In this document: positions 21,902-32,269 of the stretch, piece after piece
Position numbering within the stretch: the stretch's first letter is position 1
How the letters are laid out: every line of letters begins with the position of its first letter
IMG/VR virus record: IMGVR_UViG_3300011008_000002
Origin: a virus
Taxonomy: Duplodnaviria; Caudoviricetes
Direction: 5' to 3' (one strand)
Length of the DNA stretch: 64,000 nt
Notes under the pieces: model-generated
What the model was told of the DNA's origin: nothing
What the model saw: the letters and a program-made list of their open reading frames with translations, nothing else
Databases searched by the model: none
Made by a program: the position numbers and the translations under genes

Positions 21902-22723
21902 TTAAAAATACCTCCCTATATAAGATGTGAAAGCTAATGCTTTGAGTTCTGCACCAACAACTTCTGATTTATTATTTCTGTAAGCGTTGATTGTATATTG
22001 TACTCCTATAAAGTTCTTACGTAAAATTTCTAGCAGTATGAATTTCCAGACTGAGTTATCCATAGCATCGCTCCCAGTCTTTATGTTGTAGTCGTTTGTT
22101 TTCATAGCGAGTGAGTATTCTCCTGAACTACTCGTTGTGAATAATATCACCGATTTGATGAATGCGTTTCTTATCTCATCTGGGATTGAACTATAGTTCA
22201 AACTGAATACTTGATAAAGTTCTTGTAAATCCTTATTCTCAGCATAATTATCATCTGTTACTTCAGGAAATACACTATAGAATAAATCCCTAAAATCCTT
22301 TTTATGTCTGACTTTCCCATCGTTCATAACTTCATCAAGTATATAGGTATTCATCCATGCGCGTACGCAATCTATTTCTTCATCCCAGTTGTCATTTGAT
22401 AGTACTTCATTATCTTGCGGTACGACTCCATCTACGAAGTTTGCAACGGCTATAAACTGGTATGGATCAGCCTTTGCATATTCGATTAGTATATCTTTAA
22501 TCCTATATAAAATATCATCTTCTGAATCTCTCCGTTTGACGAATAGATTTATTGTATCCGGAAATACTCTATCCCCTTCTTTAACGTATTTGACGATTAC
22601 ATCATCCATCAAAAAGTTTTCTTTCAAGTAATAGACTACACCATCACAAGCTTGGTATATCCTTTTATCACCATTCGATGGTTTGTGTCCATTAAGATAT
22701 TGGAGTGAATATATTAGTTCCAT
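21902..22723 (-). CDS. Hypothetical protein
   Basis: ORF with GGAGG RBS. Confidence 0.7.
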   Translation of the reverse strand: MELIYSLQYLNGHKPSNGDKRIYQACDGVVYYLKENFLMDDVIVKYVKEGDRVFPDTINLFVKRRDSEDDILYRIKDILIEYAKADPYQFIAVANFVDGVVPQDNEVLSNDNWDEEIDCVRAWMNTYILDEVMNDGKVRHKKDFRDLFYSVFPEVTDDNYAENKDLQELYQVFSLNYSSIPDEIRNAFIKSVILFTTSSSGEYSLAMKTNDYNIKTGSDAMDNSVWKFILLEILRKNFIGVQYTINAYRNNKSEVVGAELKALAFTSYIGRYF

Positions 22724-22799
22724 TTTATCTCCTCCTATGCAATTAAGAATATGAGGCGGGTATGATAATAATTTATCAACCCACCTCCTGTTAGTGTTG

Positions 22800-23807
22800 T
22801 TATTCTGTAACCGATGGCGTCTTTAATTCACTGACAAATATCTCTTTTAGAGATTTACCTGATTGACAGTTCTCTTCATAGAACTTCACTTTATTCAAGA
22901 ACTGCTTTAGTAACATAGGTTCTGCCATCGTATAGTTGCTTTGTATCATGAGTTTGGTAAACTCTTTCTGAGGGTCAAAATCCCCCAACGCTTTATTACA
23001 AGCTTCATTAGCAGCTGTAAACCTTGCTGTAGCTTCCTTATTGGTTATACCCATTATGAATACGAACTCATCAATGAAATTGCCTATCGTATAAGTAACA
23101 AGATGAGTCCTATTCTTCTTAGAGTATACAACATATGGTTGCCATAATGTATCAACGAGTTCGTTTAGTACAAGTCCGCACTGGTTTACTGGCTTGTGTT
23201 CACAGAGTTCCTTAGCAAACGTATCAGCGAGTGTTGTACCCTTAAGGTTGTATCGGTTTATAGCTTTTACCATATCCCTATTTAGATCGTATACTACCTT
23301 CTCGATTTCTTCATCTGTAGAATCTTTCTTTATCGGTTCTGTTGGTGGCGTAAGGTGAATAATGTCTAGCATTTTTATTGATGTTCTCTTAAGCCATTCT
23401 GTTGCCTGAAGCGGAGTAAATCCGTTTATAATTGTGAGATTGAAGAGGATACCATCAACCATAGCTTTCATATCCAAATCTCCGAGTAGAGATAACTCTG
23501 CAACGTTAATTCCCGCTTCCTCAATATGTCTACGGTAGAAGTGTGGATCCCAATTCTCGTTCACAAATACCCTGATATTTTCAACAACGATATCCCGAAC
23601 TGTAGGTAAAGTTGATTCGAAATATTCAACGGTTGTTGACGTCTCGTTGATTATATCTGATATCTCATCTTCGGAATATCCTTCCATAATTTCTCCATTG
23701 AGATAAATATTCAGTTTTGGATCATTATAAACCTCGTGGAGATTTTCAGTAGTTACTGTCATTACAAACTCCTTTCTGTATGAAACGTTTATTGCATCCC
23801 ATGTCAA
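22800..23807 (-). CDS. Hypothetical protein (start likely MTVTTEN near 23762)
   Basis: Long ORF with RBS before the internal ATG. Confidence 0.7.
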   Translation of the reverse strand: MTWDAINVSYRKEFVMTVTTENLHEVYNDPKLNIYLNGEIMEGYSEDEISDIINETSTTVEYFESTLPTVRDIVVENIRVFVNENWDPHFYRRHIEEAGINVAELSLLGDLDMKAMVDGILFNLTIINGFTPLQATEWLKRTSIKMLDIIHLTPPTEPIKKDSTDEEIEKVVYDLNRDMVKAINRYNLKGTTLADTFAKELCEHKPVNQCGLVLNELVDTLWQPYVVYSKKNRTHLVTYTIGNFIDEFVFIMGITNKEATARFTAANEACNKALGDFDPQKEFTKLMIQSNYTMAEPMLLKQFLNKVKFYEENCQSGKSLKEIFVSELKTPSVTE

Positions 23808-23940
23808 TATTTAATTATTTTGTCGGTGTAACTTTCGGATTTTATTACATAATTGATCTCCCCTTTCTTTTATATAAATTAATATGATAGTAGACTTAGA
23901 TTACTAAAATCCTAGTCTACTATCATAATATATTTCTGTT

Positions 23941-25713
23941 TTACGCGATATCTTTCATCCGTTCGAATACTTCCAATGCCAAAGTTTCATAGGAAGGTAA
24001 TCCGAACCATTTTTCACCAAGAAACAAAGAATTTTTGGCAATTAAATCCTCCACAAACTCCTTCCCCGCGTCTTCATCATATCTTTTAAGTTTGTCACCG
24101 TCTATAATAAAAAGTTTCCCTATCATTGTAGCGGCGAATATATTGAATGAACAGATGGAGTTTGGATACATTGCGGAGAAATCGAAATCAATCGAGTCAC
24201 CAAAAAGGTACTTACTATGCTTGCCAAACAAAATGATACCATGATACCCATTGAGTTCAGGGTCTCCGTTGATAGCACCTTCAAATGAATCAAGAGATTC
24301 TTGTAAGTCTTTTTCAGAAATAGAATCATCATCTTCAAATTCATTTGTATGACGATGCCCTGTATTATCAAAGTTGACATTGTGACCTAATATCAGACCA
24401 TCATTTATTAAGAACTCTTTATAGAAGAATGCTCTTAACGATACGGTCTGTTTCATTCCATCCTTATAGTTACAATAACTATGCAGACAAGAGTTATATA
24501 GATTATAGCTGTCGTTACATTTCTCATTGATACCAGCTTGTAGCAAAGTATCGTTTACATTGTATATATCATAAAGCATAAAATCATTACGTGAAAACAT
24601 AATGAAGTTGCCTTTTGTTGAGTCGTATTTAATTTTTCCTTCACCAACTTGCTCCTTTGTTGCAATTGCATTCAATGAAACACTACGAAGAGTCGTCTGG
24701 GACCTTCTAAGTCCAGCATATACAGCAGGTTGGTCAAGGTATTTCGTATAACTAGAACAATCAAAATAGTTACGTTTCGTATCCCAATCAAAGTTATTAT
24801 TATCTTCATGATAATATAACGTAGTTGTAGGGAAATCGGAATGACAGAAAAGATTTGCCACATTCATTCCAAGCTTTTGAGTACGTCCGATGATGTATGG
24901 AATATCGAAATCCATATTCCATATAAAACAAATATCTCGTTTGAGTACATGGATTAAACGAAAAGTTTGAGTAAGTAATTCTTTCTCATCATCAAACGCA
25001 TACTGAATATATTCGTATCCAGGAAATGACTCATCAAACCTTTCGTGTAGTTTTTGCTGTAATTCCTCTTGTCTGTCGTTAATGAATGAAATAATTTGAG
25101 GATTGTCAGGTGTTTTAAGATAGAACGTACTTACTATCTTTTTTACCGGGTCAGTAATAGATAACATATCAATCGGACATTCACCATGTCTTGGAATAGG
25201 ACCATCCCAGTTCTTCTGGTCAACCTCAATATCGAGGAATATACAATCTACGTATTTTCTTTCATCATTGTCTAATTCTTGTTCCCATATAACTCGATAA
25301 TAAGTTTCAATAGGAATATCGCCGCCTAAACAATAAGACCACTTGTACAATTGTTGTCTAGCCTTTCTAGTCTTATTCTCATGATAGTATTTTACATATT
25401 CGGGTCCTGCCATATTTGCAATTTCTTTTAACACATCCCGATATTTTACTTCATGAGGAATAAGTTTTTCAATTTCCATATAGTGTCTAGGTTTCTTGAA
25501 GGTACTTCTTAATTCTTCTGGTACCTCATATATTGTGATAGTTGGATCTTTAATTGTGTAAATTGCCTTCTTTTTTGTTACTAAGTCTCTATATACAAAA
25601 TTCAAATAATCAGACCAACCGGTGTTTTGATTACCGTTTTGATAAATGACATCACAAAGCATCAGTTTTCTTCCGGCTAATTCTTTGAATACCAAAGGTT
25701 TCTTAGGACTCAT
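23941..25713 (-). CDS. Family B DNA polymerase, N-terminal subunit (3'-5' exonuclease plus motif A)
   Basis: ExoI DIE, ExoII WNMDFD, ExoIII YNVND, motif A DFDFSAMYPNSI. Confidence 0.88.
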   Translation of the reverse strand: MSPKKPLVFKELAGRKLMLCDVIYQNGNQNTGWSDYLNFVYRDLVTKKKAIYTIKDPTITIYEVPEELRSTFKKPRHYMEIEKLIPHEVKYRDVLKEIANMAGPEYVKYYHENKTRKARQQLYKWSYCLGGDIPIETYYRVIWEQELDNDERKYVDCIFLDIEVDQKNWDGPIPRHGECPIDMLSITDPVKKIVSTFYLKTPDNPQIISFINDRQEELQQKLHERFDESFPGYEYIQYAFDDEKELLTQTFRLIHVLKRDICFIWNMDFDIPYIIGRTQKLGMNVANLFCHSDFPTTTLYYHEDNNNFDWDTKRNYFDCSSYTKYLDQPAVYAGLRRSQTTLRSVSLNAIATKEQVGEGKIKYDSTKGNFIMFSRNDFMLYDIYNVNDTLLQAGINEKCNDSYNLYNSCLHSYCNYKDGMKQTVSLRAFFYKEFLINDGLILGHNVNFDNTGHRHTNEFEDDDSISEKDLQESLDSFEGAINGDPELNGYHGIILFGKHSKYLFGDSIDFDFSAMYPNSICSFNIFAATMIGKLFIIDGDKLKRYDEDAGKEFVEDLIAKNSLFLGEKWFGLPSYETLALEVFERMKDIA

Positions 25714-26248
25714 AATTTAACCCCCTTATTCCATCCATAGATTTGACAAAATCCCGTAGTAGTTCCTTAAAATTGCCGTCAGATGTACCATAGTCGAATT
25801 TTTCTTTGTCAATCCCTGCCTCTTCAAAGATATCGTCTTCCTTTATTTCAGCTCCATTAGCGAACCATGTTTCTCCGTCTGGTAAATCAATTTCATTTGA
25901 TGTCTTTAGAGCAACTAATAATATTTTCATCATCTGTATGATTTCTCTAGGTTCAAATACTATAAACCTATAGTCATCACCACAATAATCACCGTCCGCA
26001 TTATCCCATGATGACCAATTTGACGCAAGCCTTTTCTCATCAATCTTGACTGTACTTGGGAATAAGTCTATAACTCCATTCCACCTAGGCTTATCATCTC
26101 CGTCGGTATATGCTCCAGTTTTAATATATGGACCCTCTGCAAATTCTAAATTAACGTCTATCCATTCATCCAAATCCTTTTTCTTCATAACAGAAAATAA
26201 AGTATAATTTGGTAATCTTTTGAATTCTTCCAATGTCATTAATAACAT
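25703..26248 (-). CDS. Hypothetical protein (start re-called at MLLMTLEE)
   Basis: GGAGG RBS and late motif at 26271-26283; the longer track ORF overlaps the tube gene. Confidence 0.65.
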   Translation of the reverse strand: MLLMTLEEFKRLPNYTLFSVMKKKDLDEWIDVNLEFAEGPYIKTGAYTDGDDKPRWNGVIDLFPSTVKIDEKRLASNWSSWDNADGDYCGDDYRFIVFEPREIIQMMKILLVALKTSNEIDLPDGETWFANGAEIKEDDIFEEAGIDKEKFDYGTSDGNFKELLRDFVKSMDGIRGLNYES

Positions 26249-26366
26249 TTTATAGTCCTCCTTTGAATTTTTAAGAGTTTGTCTCAGACATCTTAATGAA
26301 CTAATATCTATACAAAACAAAGAAAGACACTTGGGAAACTTCCCAAGTGTCTTTGATATTGGTGTG

Positions 26367-27320
26367 TTACGGCGTTGTTTCTGTGGTGGATGTACCCCAA
26401 CCCTTGATGTTGTCACTAGCACCCGCACTAGGACTTTCATACTTCTTAGTCGATGCCGCACCATAAGTGTTATGATATGCATGATCGTCGAAGTCTTTCC
26501 AGTTAGTGATGCTAGGAACATCAATAGCCTTTTCAAGACTTGCCTTGTTATATCCAGAGTACATGTTCAGATAGTTCTTCAGAATATTGAACCTAGACAG
26601 AGCCAGAGTACCAATGTAATTAATCTGAGAACTCATATACTTGGATGCAGTGAACTCAAGACTAAGCTGAACAAGGTCGTGTGAACCCGGTTCGTATGCG
26701 AAATGACTATGATCGCTCGACTTCGGGAACATATTGGTCAGCAAGCATACATATTCAGCCTGTTCGCCAGTAGGATCTGTTGCAACATACAGCATCTCCA
26801 TAGTATGATTAGCCTGAGACAGATAGAGATCATCACGATACTCTATACCTTCAAGAATCTCCCTTGCACCGTGATAGTGAGATAGTCCGGTAAACGGATC
26901 AATCGTTCCAGTAATCCAGAAGTCAATATAAGTACGTATCAATGATCCCTGAGTCTCATAAATCTTTACAGTGATTGATGATGTATCATCCTTTACGTTA
27001 ATCGGTAATTCAACCGTGTTACCAACGTAACCAACCGTGGCACTTGTAAAGTCCACAGTATATCCCTGAATGCCATCTACTCCAGTATTTGCAAACTGAA
27101 GAAGATGACGAAACTTTCTGGTCTCATCAGGAAGCAGATGATCAACGAACCTGGGCATCTGCAAAATGAACATACGACCATAACCAGTCCTCAACAGGTC
27201 ATATTGCTTCAACGCGGCGTGGGTAGTATCAGTACCACCAAGCCAGTATGCAAAATTCTCGACATTCTCGACATTAGGTTTACGAATGTTATCCTGTAAA
27301 GTTGCTACTTCATTTGCCAT
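26367..27320 (-). CDS. Putative tail tube protein
   Basis: Directly downstream of the sheath gene; beta-rich; strongly biased codon usage. Confidence 0.6.
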   Translation of the reverse strand: MANEVATLQDNIRKPNVENVENFAYWLGGTDTTHAALKQYDLLRTGYGRMFILQMPRFVDHLLPDETRKFRHLLQFANTGVDGIQGYTVDFTSATVGYVGNTVELPINVKDDTSSITVKIYETQGSLIRTYIDFWITGTIDPFTGLSHYHGAREILEGIEYRDDLYLSQANHTMEMLYVATDPTGEQAEYVCLLTNMFPKSSDHSHFAYEPGSHDLVQLSLEFTASKYMSSQINYIGTLALSRFNILKNYLNMYSGYNKASLEKAIDVPSITNWKDFDDHAYHNTYGAASTKKYESPSAGASDNIKGWGTSTTETTP

Positions 27321-27343
27321 GATTCATTACCTCCTTTCCTAAT

Positions 27344-29710
27344 TTATGCCGCAGTTGACACTGTAACAGTGTCAACAACGCGAGGATCAATATAAAGTTC
27401 AAGTTCACCCCTCTGTACCACAGTCTTGAATGTGATATGAACCTTCAAACGAAGGAGAGACCTCTTCTCATCGCTCGGGGTCATTTCAAACTCTACGGAT
27501 ACATTACGGACATATGATCCAAGCCTATGCTGAAGGATGCTATCTGCATCACGCTGATATCTAGCACGATCTGCCTCTTCACCGAATTTGTAAAGCTTAG
27601 AAGCAATCAAATTATAAGCCGTGTTAATGGTCTTATGAATAATATACTCATTCATCTCAAGCAACCTGTCTGAATTGGACTGACAAGAAGTGATTGCTGT
27701 GGACCTCTGAACGGAATTATACGAAAGAGTTTCGTATGTATTCACGCGCAACTTGTACAACGTGTTTTTAACATCATTTGCATCAGGATCAATGACCGGT
27801 TTGAAGGAACCACGTACGTAATCAGTGCCTGCCTTCAAAATAGCCATATCCCTTGCAAGCGGTACACCATAAATGGTATACTGCGTAGCCATATGGTTCG
27901 GGATTGCCTTCGCCAACCAGTGAGTTATAGTAAACGTGCAAAGCTTACGGGTATATTCGAGGTCACGATAAGTGTAGCAATGACCGTCCTTTACAACATT
28001 GAACGCATAGATTCCCCTCATGTTCGCTGCGACATTCAGCAAACCAGAGGTTGTCGTAACAGTTCCAGTATCGAGATAAGTCATGAGATCATATTTACGA
28101 GCAGCAGCAAGTGCAACCATCTGTTTATTAACCGCAATGTCATATCCTGCGTCAAGGTTGAAATCAGCAGGAGACGAGAAACGAGACTTAATATAAGGAT
28201 CAATATCTCCGGCATAAGCCTTGATAAGAAGACGGTTGCGTTCAGCCTTGATTTCATCCTCAGACATATCATCCCAACCATCATTACCGTTCTTCATGGT
28301 AAATCCGTCGATGGCATATACGTTGATGTAGTCATCACCAGTGGTATCCTGTTCAATATTTTCAATGACGTTACCATCAAGCGATAGAGTATTAAATATA
28401 TCAAACGAAAATGGGGTAATATCTACATCATCCGTCGGTTTCACAGTGGCATTGTACAGTTCGCAAATAGCATCAAAGGTTTCCTGATAGATTTCTACAT
28501 AAATCCTCTTGGAACCAGTTTCAGGATCGTTTACGACGTCCTCCATATACGTGGAAGGATTTTCGTCATCATACATATTCAGACCATCCGGGTTAAGAGT
28601 AACCGTTGCGGTCTCCCTCTCAGTTAGTCCATCTTTCGTAGGCTCCATGACAGTGATAGAGTACTGATGAGCCGTAGGCTTATCTTCCTCCGACCAATTG
28701 CCATAGATATACTCGATCGAATCAACATCGTTCATATACTCAGTAACGTTTGCAAGACGGATATGGATATTGTCTCCATAAACGCCACGTCCCTGCGAGT
28801 AGAACAGGAACAACGGCATATTGAAAAATCCATCTGCGTCAGGATCGGATGAGATGAGACTGTTTACAGCAGCCTTCAGAGCATCAACCGTGGTCGCATT
28901 CTCAATATACGTTGCATAAAGAGCATATACCAACTTGTAGGAAGTCGTAGTCTCTTCCGTATCATCCTCAATATCCCCATCCTCAATGGTAGAACCACTG
29001 TCCTCAGAAGAGCTGTCTTCATCAAAGTTGAACGTCGGGGTCTCGCCCCTCTTGATTGCAGCCACAATTTCATTCAGGTTTGCCTGGTCGGTCCACTTAA
29101 TCTTAACAAGCTGACCTTCTTCAACGCCAATCGTAATAGCATCAATATCAGCTTCACGATATACAGCATCAATATTTTCGACCGTCACATCAGACTCTTC
29201 ATATCCATAGAACTTTCCATCGGAAGCCTGAATGTAGACCACTTCTTCATCCTGATAATAGTAACCGATCTTGGAATTAGTAGTGGTAGAACTTCCGCTT
29301 TCTTCAGTATCACCGCCGGTAGTTTCAGAAGAAGAGCCACTTCCCTCGGTATCGGTATCTGCGATTGCTTCCGTCTTGAACCGTGCCATAATGACAACGT
29401 TGGAATATGTTGCGTTATCAGGCTTCAGGTTCATGATATACATACCGCAGTTATCCGTAGCAAGTGCATTATCGGCATTATACGCCGCCTGACCCAACAG
29501 TTTGAAGTTCGGCTTACCAAACTCACGCAGATACTGGGTTTTGTCAGGCATATATAACAACTGATTGTCGCGTCCACCTGCAAAGAAACCAACCTGCATA
29601 CCATTGAATGATCTACGATAATCTTCAACTTCAGGTTCAGTATACTCAGAATTATCATATATCTGCACCGTGATATACGGGTGCTGATAACTGGTAGTGT
29701 TAGTACCCAT
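27344..29710 (-). CDS. Contractile tail sheath protein
   Basis: REFGKPN near N terminus; LDAGY, LRVN, RLLEMN and VHITFK..ELELYI near C terminus; late promoter at 29773-29785. Confidence 0.75.
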   Translation of the reverse strand: MGTNTTSYQHPYITVQIYDNSEYTEPEVEDYRRSFNGMQVGFFAGGRDNQLLYMPDKTQYLREFGKPNFKLLGQAAYNADNALATDNCGMYIMNLKPDNATYSNVVIMARFKTEAIADTDTEGSGSSSETTGGDTEESGSSTTTNSKIGYYYQDEEVVYIQASDGKFYGYEESDVTVENIDAVYREADIDAITIGVEEGQLVKIKWTDQANLNEIVAAIKRGETPTFNFDEDSSSEDSGSTIEDGDIEDDTEETTTSYKLVYALYATYIENATTVDALKAAVNSLISSDPDADGFFNMPLFLFYSQGRGVYGDNIHIRLANVTEYMNDVDSIEYIYGNWSEEDKPTAHQYSITVMEPTKDGLTERETATVTLNPDGLNMYDDENPSTYMEDVVNDPETGSKRIYVEIYQETFDAICELYNATVKPTDDVDITPFSFDIFNTLSLDGNVIENIEQDTTGDDYINVYAIDGFTMKNGNDGWDDMSEDEIKAERNRLLIKAYAGDIDPYIKSRFSSPADFNLDAGYDIAVNKQMVALAAARKYDLMTYLDTGTVTTTSGLLNVAANMRGIYAFNVVKDGHCYTYRDLEYTRKLCTFTITHWLAKAIPNHMATQYTIYGVPLARDMAILKAGTDYVRGSFKPVIDPDANDVKNTLYKLRVNTYETLSYNSVQRSTAITSCQSNSDRLLEMNEYIIHKTINTAYNLIASKLYKFGEEADRARYQRDADSILQHRLGSYVRNVSVEFEMTPSDEKRSLLRLKVHITFKTVVQRGELELYIDPRVVDTVTVSTAA

Positions 29711-29939
29711 GGTCTTTACCTCCTTATTTTTATTGATTTGTTTTTCATTGCACTGTACTGGGTTTTGTGCATTTATATGGTTGTGGATTAATGGACAAAG
29801 GCAATTTGTAAAACGATACTAATAACAAAATAATCTCTCCCCTATGGTAAGTCGTATAAGTTACCATAGGGGAGAGATAATGAATATGACTGAGAAACTT
29901 CCTTTACGTTCTTGTTATATCTATAATAATTTATAAAAT

Positions 29940-30127
29940 CAGGCTAGGTTAGAAGCTGCCAAGGATCAGTTCTTTACTAAGGCTGATCCTCGGCAGACAA
30001 CTTGGGCTGTAGATACGACATTTCGTGCGCTTCCATCTAGGCACGTCGTAGAAGCCTATGAACAGGGTCTCTAAGTAATGGGAGGGAATACTGACCTGCA
30101 ATCAGTTGGACCTCCCATTACTTTTTT
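29940..30127 (+). ncRNA. Candidate structured small RNA (two hairpins plus terminator)
   Basis: CTGCC-AGGATCAG/CTGATCCT-GGCAG; GGCT..TACGAC..GTGC/GCAC-GTCGTA..AGCC; AGTAATGGGAGG/CCTCCCATTACT followed by a T run; no ORF. Confidence 0.4.
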
Positions 30128-30266
30128 GTATGAGTTTCTTTAATATTATAAAAATAGTGGTGATAGGCAGTATATCCTATGTCTTGCGCTAATATAGATA
30201 CACGCCTCACGATAAGTATAGTTAGTTGCAAATAATTATACTTTACTATCTTGTATACCATTGATT

Positions 30267-31034
30267 TTATAACTTGAGGATATCCTCTATAGGAGATAGT
30301 TTTTGTTCCCTATCTTCAGCCGTCATAGAAAGACCGAGATCTACCATATAATTGAAATCCTCAAATGACAATCCACCAAATACTGACGACGCACTCATCT
30401 CACGAATATTAGCAAACCGATACCCAATCATCGCGGGTTTCTTTTGTTTTGCTATTACTTCACACCATCTGACATCTTGGTTATTTGGGTCTCTGCAAAG
30501 TTGAGCAGTAATTGTAGACAAAGTTGTTACAGGTACACTCAATGATATATCGTTCATAGTCATATTCTGTATCCAAGACGGTGTTAGTAAATCATATGGG
30601 ATATTGTCATCCATTCTCCCATCCAGATATGTGTCTACATATAGTGTCACATTAGAAAGATCTTGTATCATTTCATTTGGAAAACATTTGTATCCATCAG
30701 CGAATGTAAGGACACAGTATGGTTTTACATACGATTCAGGATATATCTGAATGTTCTTGTCACTATCAACATCTTGTGGATAAAAGTTTATATAAGTAGG
30801 TAGCTTCAATGTTCCTCTGAAAGTCGGCTTATCTTTTTCCAACGCTTCGTAGTTTTCATACCATCTATATGGTAATAAACCAAGTGAACCAACTGTGGAA
30901 CCTTCTATCTTACCGATGTTAGTGTCGATATATTTTTGCAAGATATAGACTCTTAACATACCTTTTGTTAATACGAAGTTTTGTCCATCCTTTTTAAGGA
31001 CAGAACTCATACTATTTTTAGCCATAATAATCAC
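30267..31034 (-). CDS. Conserved jumbo-phage-type protein, possibly an RNAP beta' C-terminal fragment
   Basis: SSVFGGLSFED loosely resembles the beta' C-terminal SF.SA.SF(Q/E) region. Confidence 0.3.
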   Translation of the reverse strand: MIIMAKNSMSSVLKKDGQNFVLTKGMLRVYILQKYIDTNIGKIEGSTVGSLGLLPYRWYENYEALEKDKPTFRGTLKLPTYINFYPQDVDSDKNIQIYPESYVKPYCVLTFADGYKCFPNEMIQDLSNVTLYVDTYLDGRMDDNIPYDLLTPSWIQNMTMNDISLSVPVTTLSTITAQLCRDPNNQDVRWCEVIAKQKKPAMIGYRFANIREMSASSVFGGLSFEDFNYMVDLGLSMTAEDREQKLSPIEDILKL

Positions 31035-31035
31035 C

Positions 31036-31776
31036 TCACTTATTATTCAACTGTGGTGACATCAACTCTGACCTGAACCGTTTGATTTCACTAATGAGAA
31101 TCTTTATATATTTATAAGTTCTCCGATATGCAAGTTTCTCTAATATCGACAATGAACCTTTTAATTTTATCAGAATATCCAAATCATGAGATAGTTCATC
31201 CACGTATTCGCAAAAAGCCAAAGTACGATAATAAGTTCTTGTATCTATCCAATCTTCATAGTGTAACCAATTCTGTACGTCATGTTCAAGCTCCACCACA
31301 AATGGAAATACATTTCTTAGAGTTATTCTCTGGTTGAATAAGATTGGTTTTACTTTAGACTCATACTTATGATTACCCCAGTGACAAATGTACGGTCTTT
31401 TAGGAAATAACCATAGGATTCTTATAAAATCCGTTTCAAAGCGTTTGTCATGGAACGGGCTTACTAGATTTTTGAACATATGATGTATTCTATCCACCAT
31501 TTCTTTAATCAATAAGCATTGATGCTCACTGCATACAATGTTAATAGAATCAATAAAGTCGGTGTAGTTTATGAGTCTAATCATTCCGAATTTACAATCA
31601 ACACTGCGGTATTTTTCTTTGAAATTCAATTCTTCGTTGATATCTACCCCGTAATTACAAATATCGCTTATTGTCAAAAATCTTCCTGAATTCTCTAAAG
31701 AGATTTCATCAGTCGAGTTGTTATTGTTTATATCTGATAAATGAGCGATAACTGCTCCAAGATTAGTTCCGTTCAT
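31036..31776 (-). CDS. Hypothetical protein
   Basis: ORF with RBS. Confidence 0.65.
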   Translation of the reverse strand: MNGTNLGAVIAHLSDINNNNSTDEISLENSGRFLTISDICNYGVDINEELNFKEKYRSVDCKFGMIRLINYTDFIDSINIVCSEHQCLLIKEMVDRIHHMFKNLVSPFHDKRFETDFIRILWLFPKRPYICHWGNHKYESKVKPILFNQRITLRNVFPFVVELEHDVQNWLHYEDWIDTRTYYRTLAFCEYVDELSHDLDILIKLKGSLSILEKLAYRRTYKYIKILISEIKRFRSELMSPQLNNK

Positions 31777-31849
31777 ACACGCTCCTCCTTTGAGTTATTA
31801 TAAATGGGACTGCAAGTTTTTATTACTTACAGTCCACTCTTAAGATATA

Positions 31850-32266
31850 TCAAGGATGACCTCTATGATGTTTTGACCTACGCTTAGGTCTGTCCTCCAT
31901 CTGACTTAACGCTGTGTAGGAAAAACACGGTGGAATTTTAGGCATACCAATCAGTGAAGGAAATGGTCTATTCATTGTTATGATTGGTAGCACTGAAGAC
32001 TCTCTTATGCTTTGTGCCGGAGTATCAATATAACTAAGAATTGAACATTTACCCCAGTAATCGTTTTTGTCTGATGGTATTAATAGTATATGTTGTTCGT
32101 GCTTACTAGGTATCTTATCATCTTCGATATACATACCACAGCGACATTTTATTATTCTATCGTTCTCAGCACGAACCATAATAGTATCTTGTGGAGTTAC
32201 AGTTCCACCGTTTATCAGATCTATGAGTTCATCAACTGAATATACTTTATTTGGATTAAATTCCAT
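31850..32266 (-). CDS. Hypothetical protein
   Basis: ORF in operon. Confidence 0.6.
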   Translation of the reverse strand: MEFNPNKVYSVDELIDLINGGTVTPQDTIMVRAENDRIIKCRCGMYIEDDKIPSKHEQHILLIPSDKNDYWGKCSILSYIDTPAQSIRESSVLPIITMNRPFPSLIGMPKIPPCFSYTALSQMEDRPKRRSKHHRGHP

Positions 32267-32269
32267 AGG

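Noticed and set aside
26249-26536. N-terminal extension of ORF 25703-26536
   Set aside because: Overlaps the tube gene and its terminator; the RBS and promoter support a start at 26248
29789-29800. TTAATGGACAAA matching the flank of sites A/B
   Set aside because: Lacks the core and second arm; a short AT-rich match 23 kb away, probably chance
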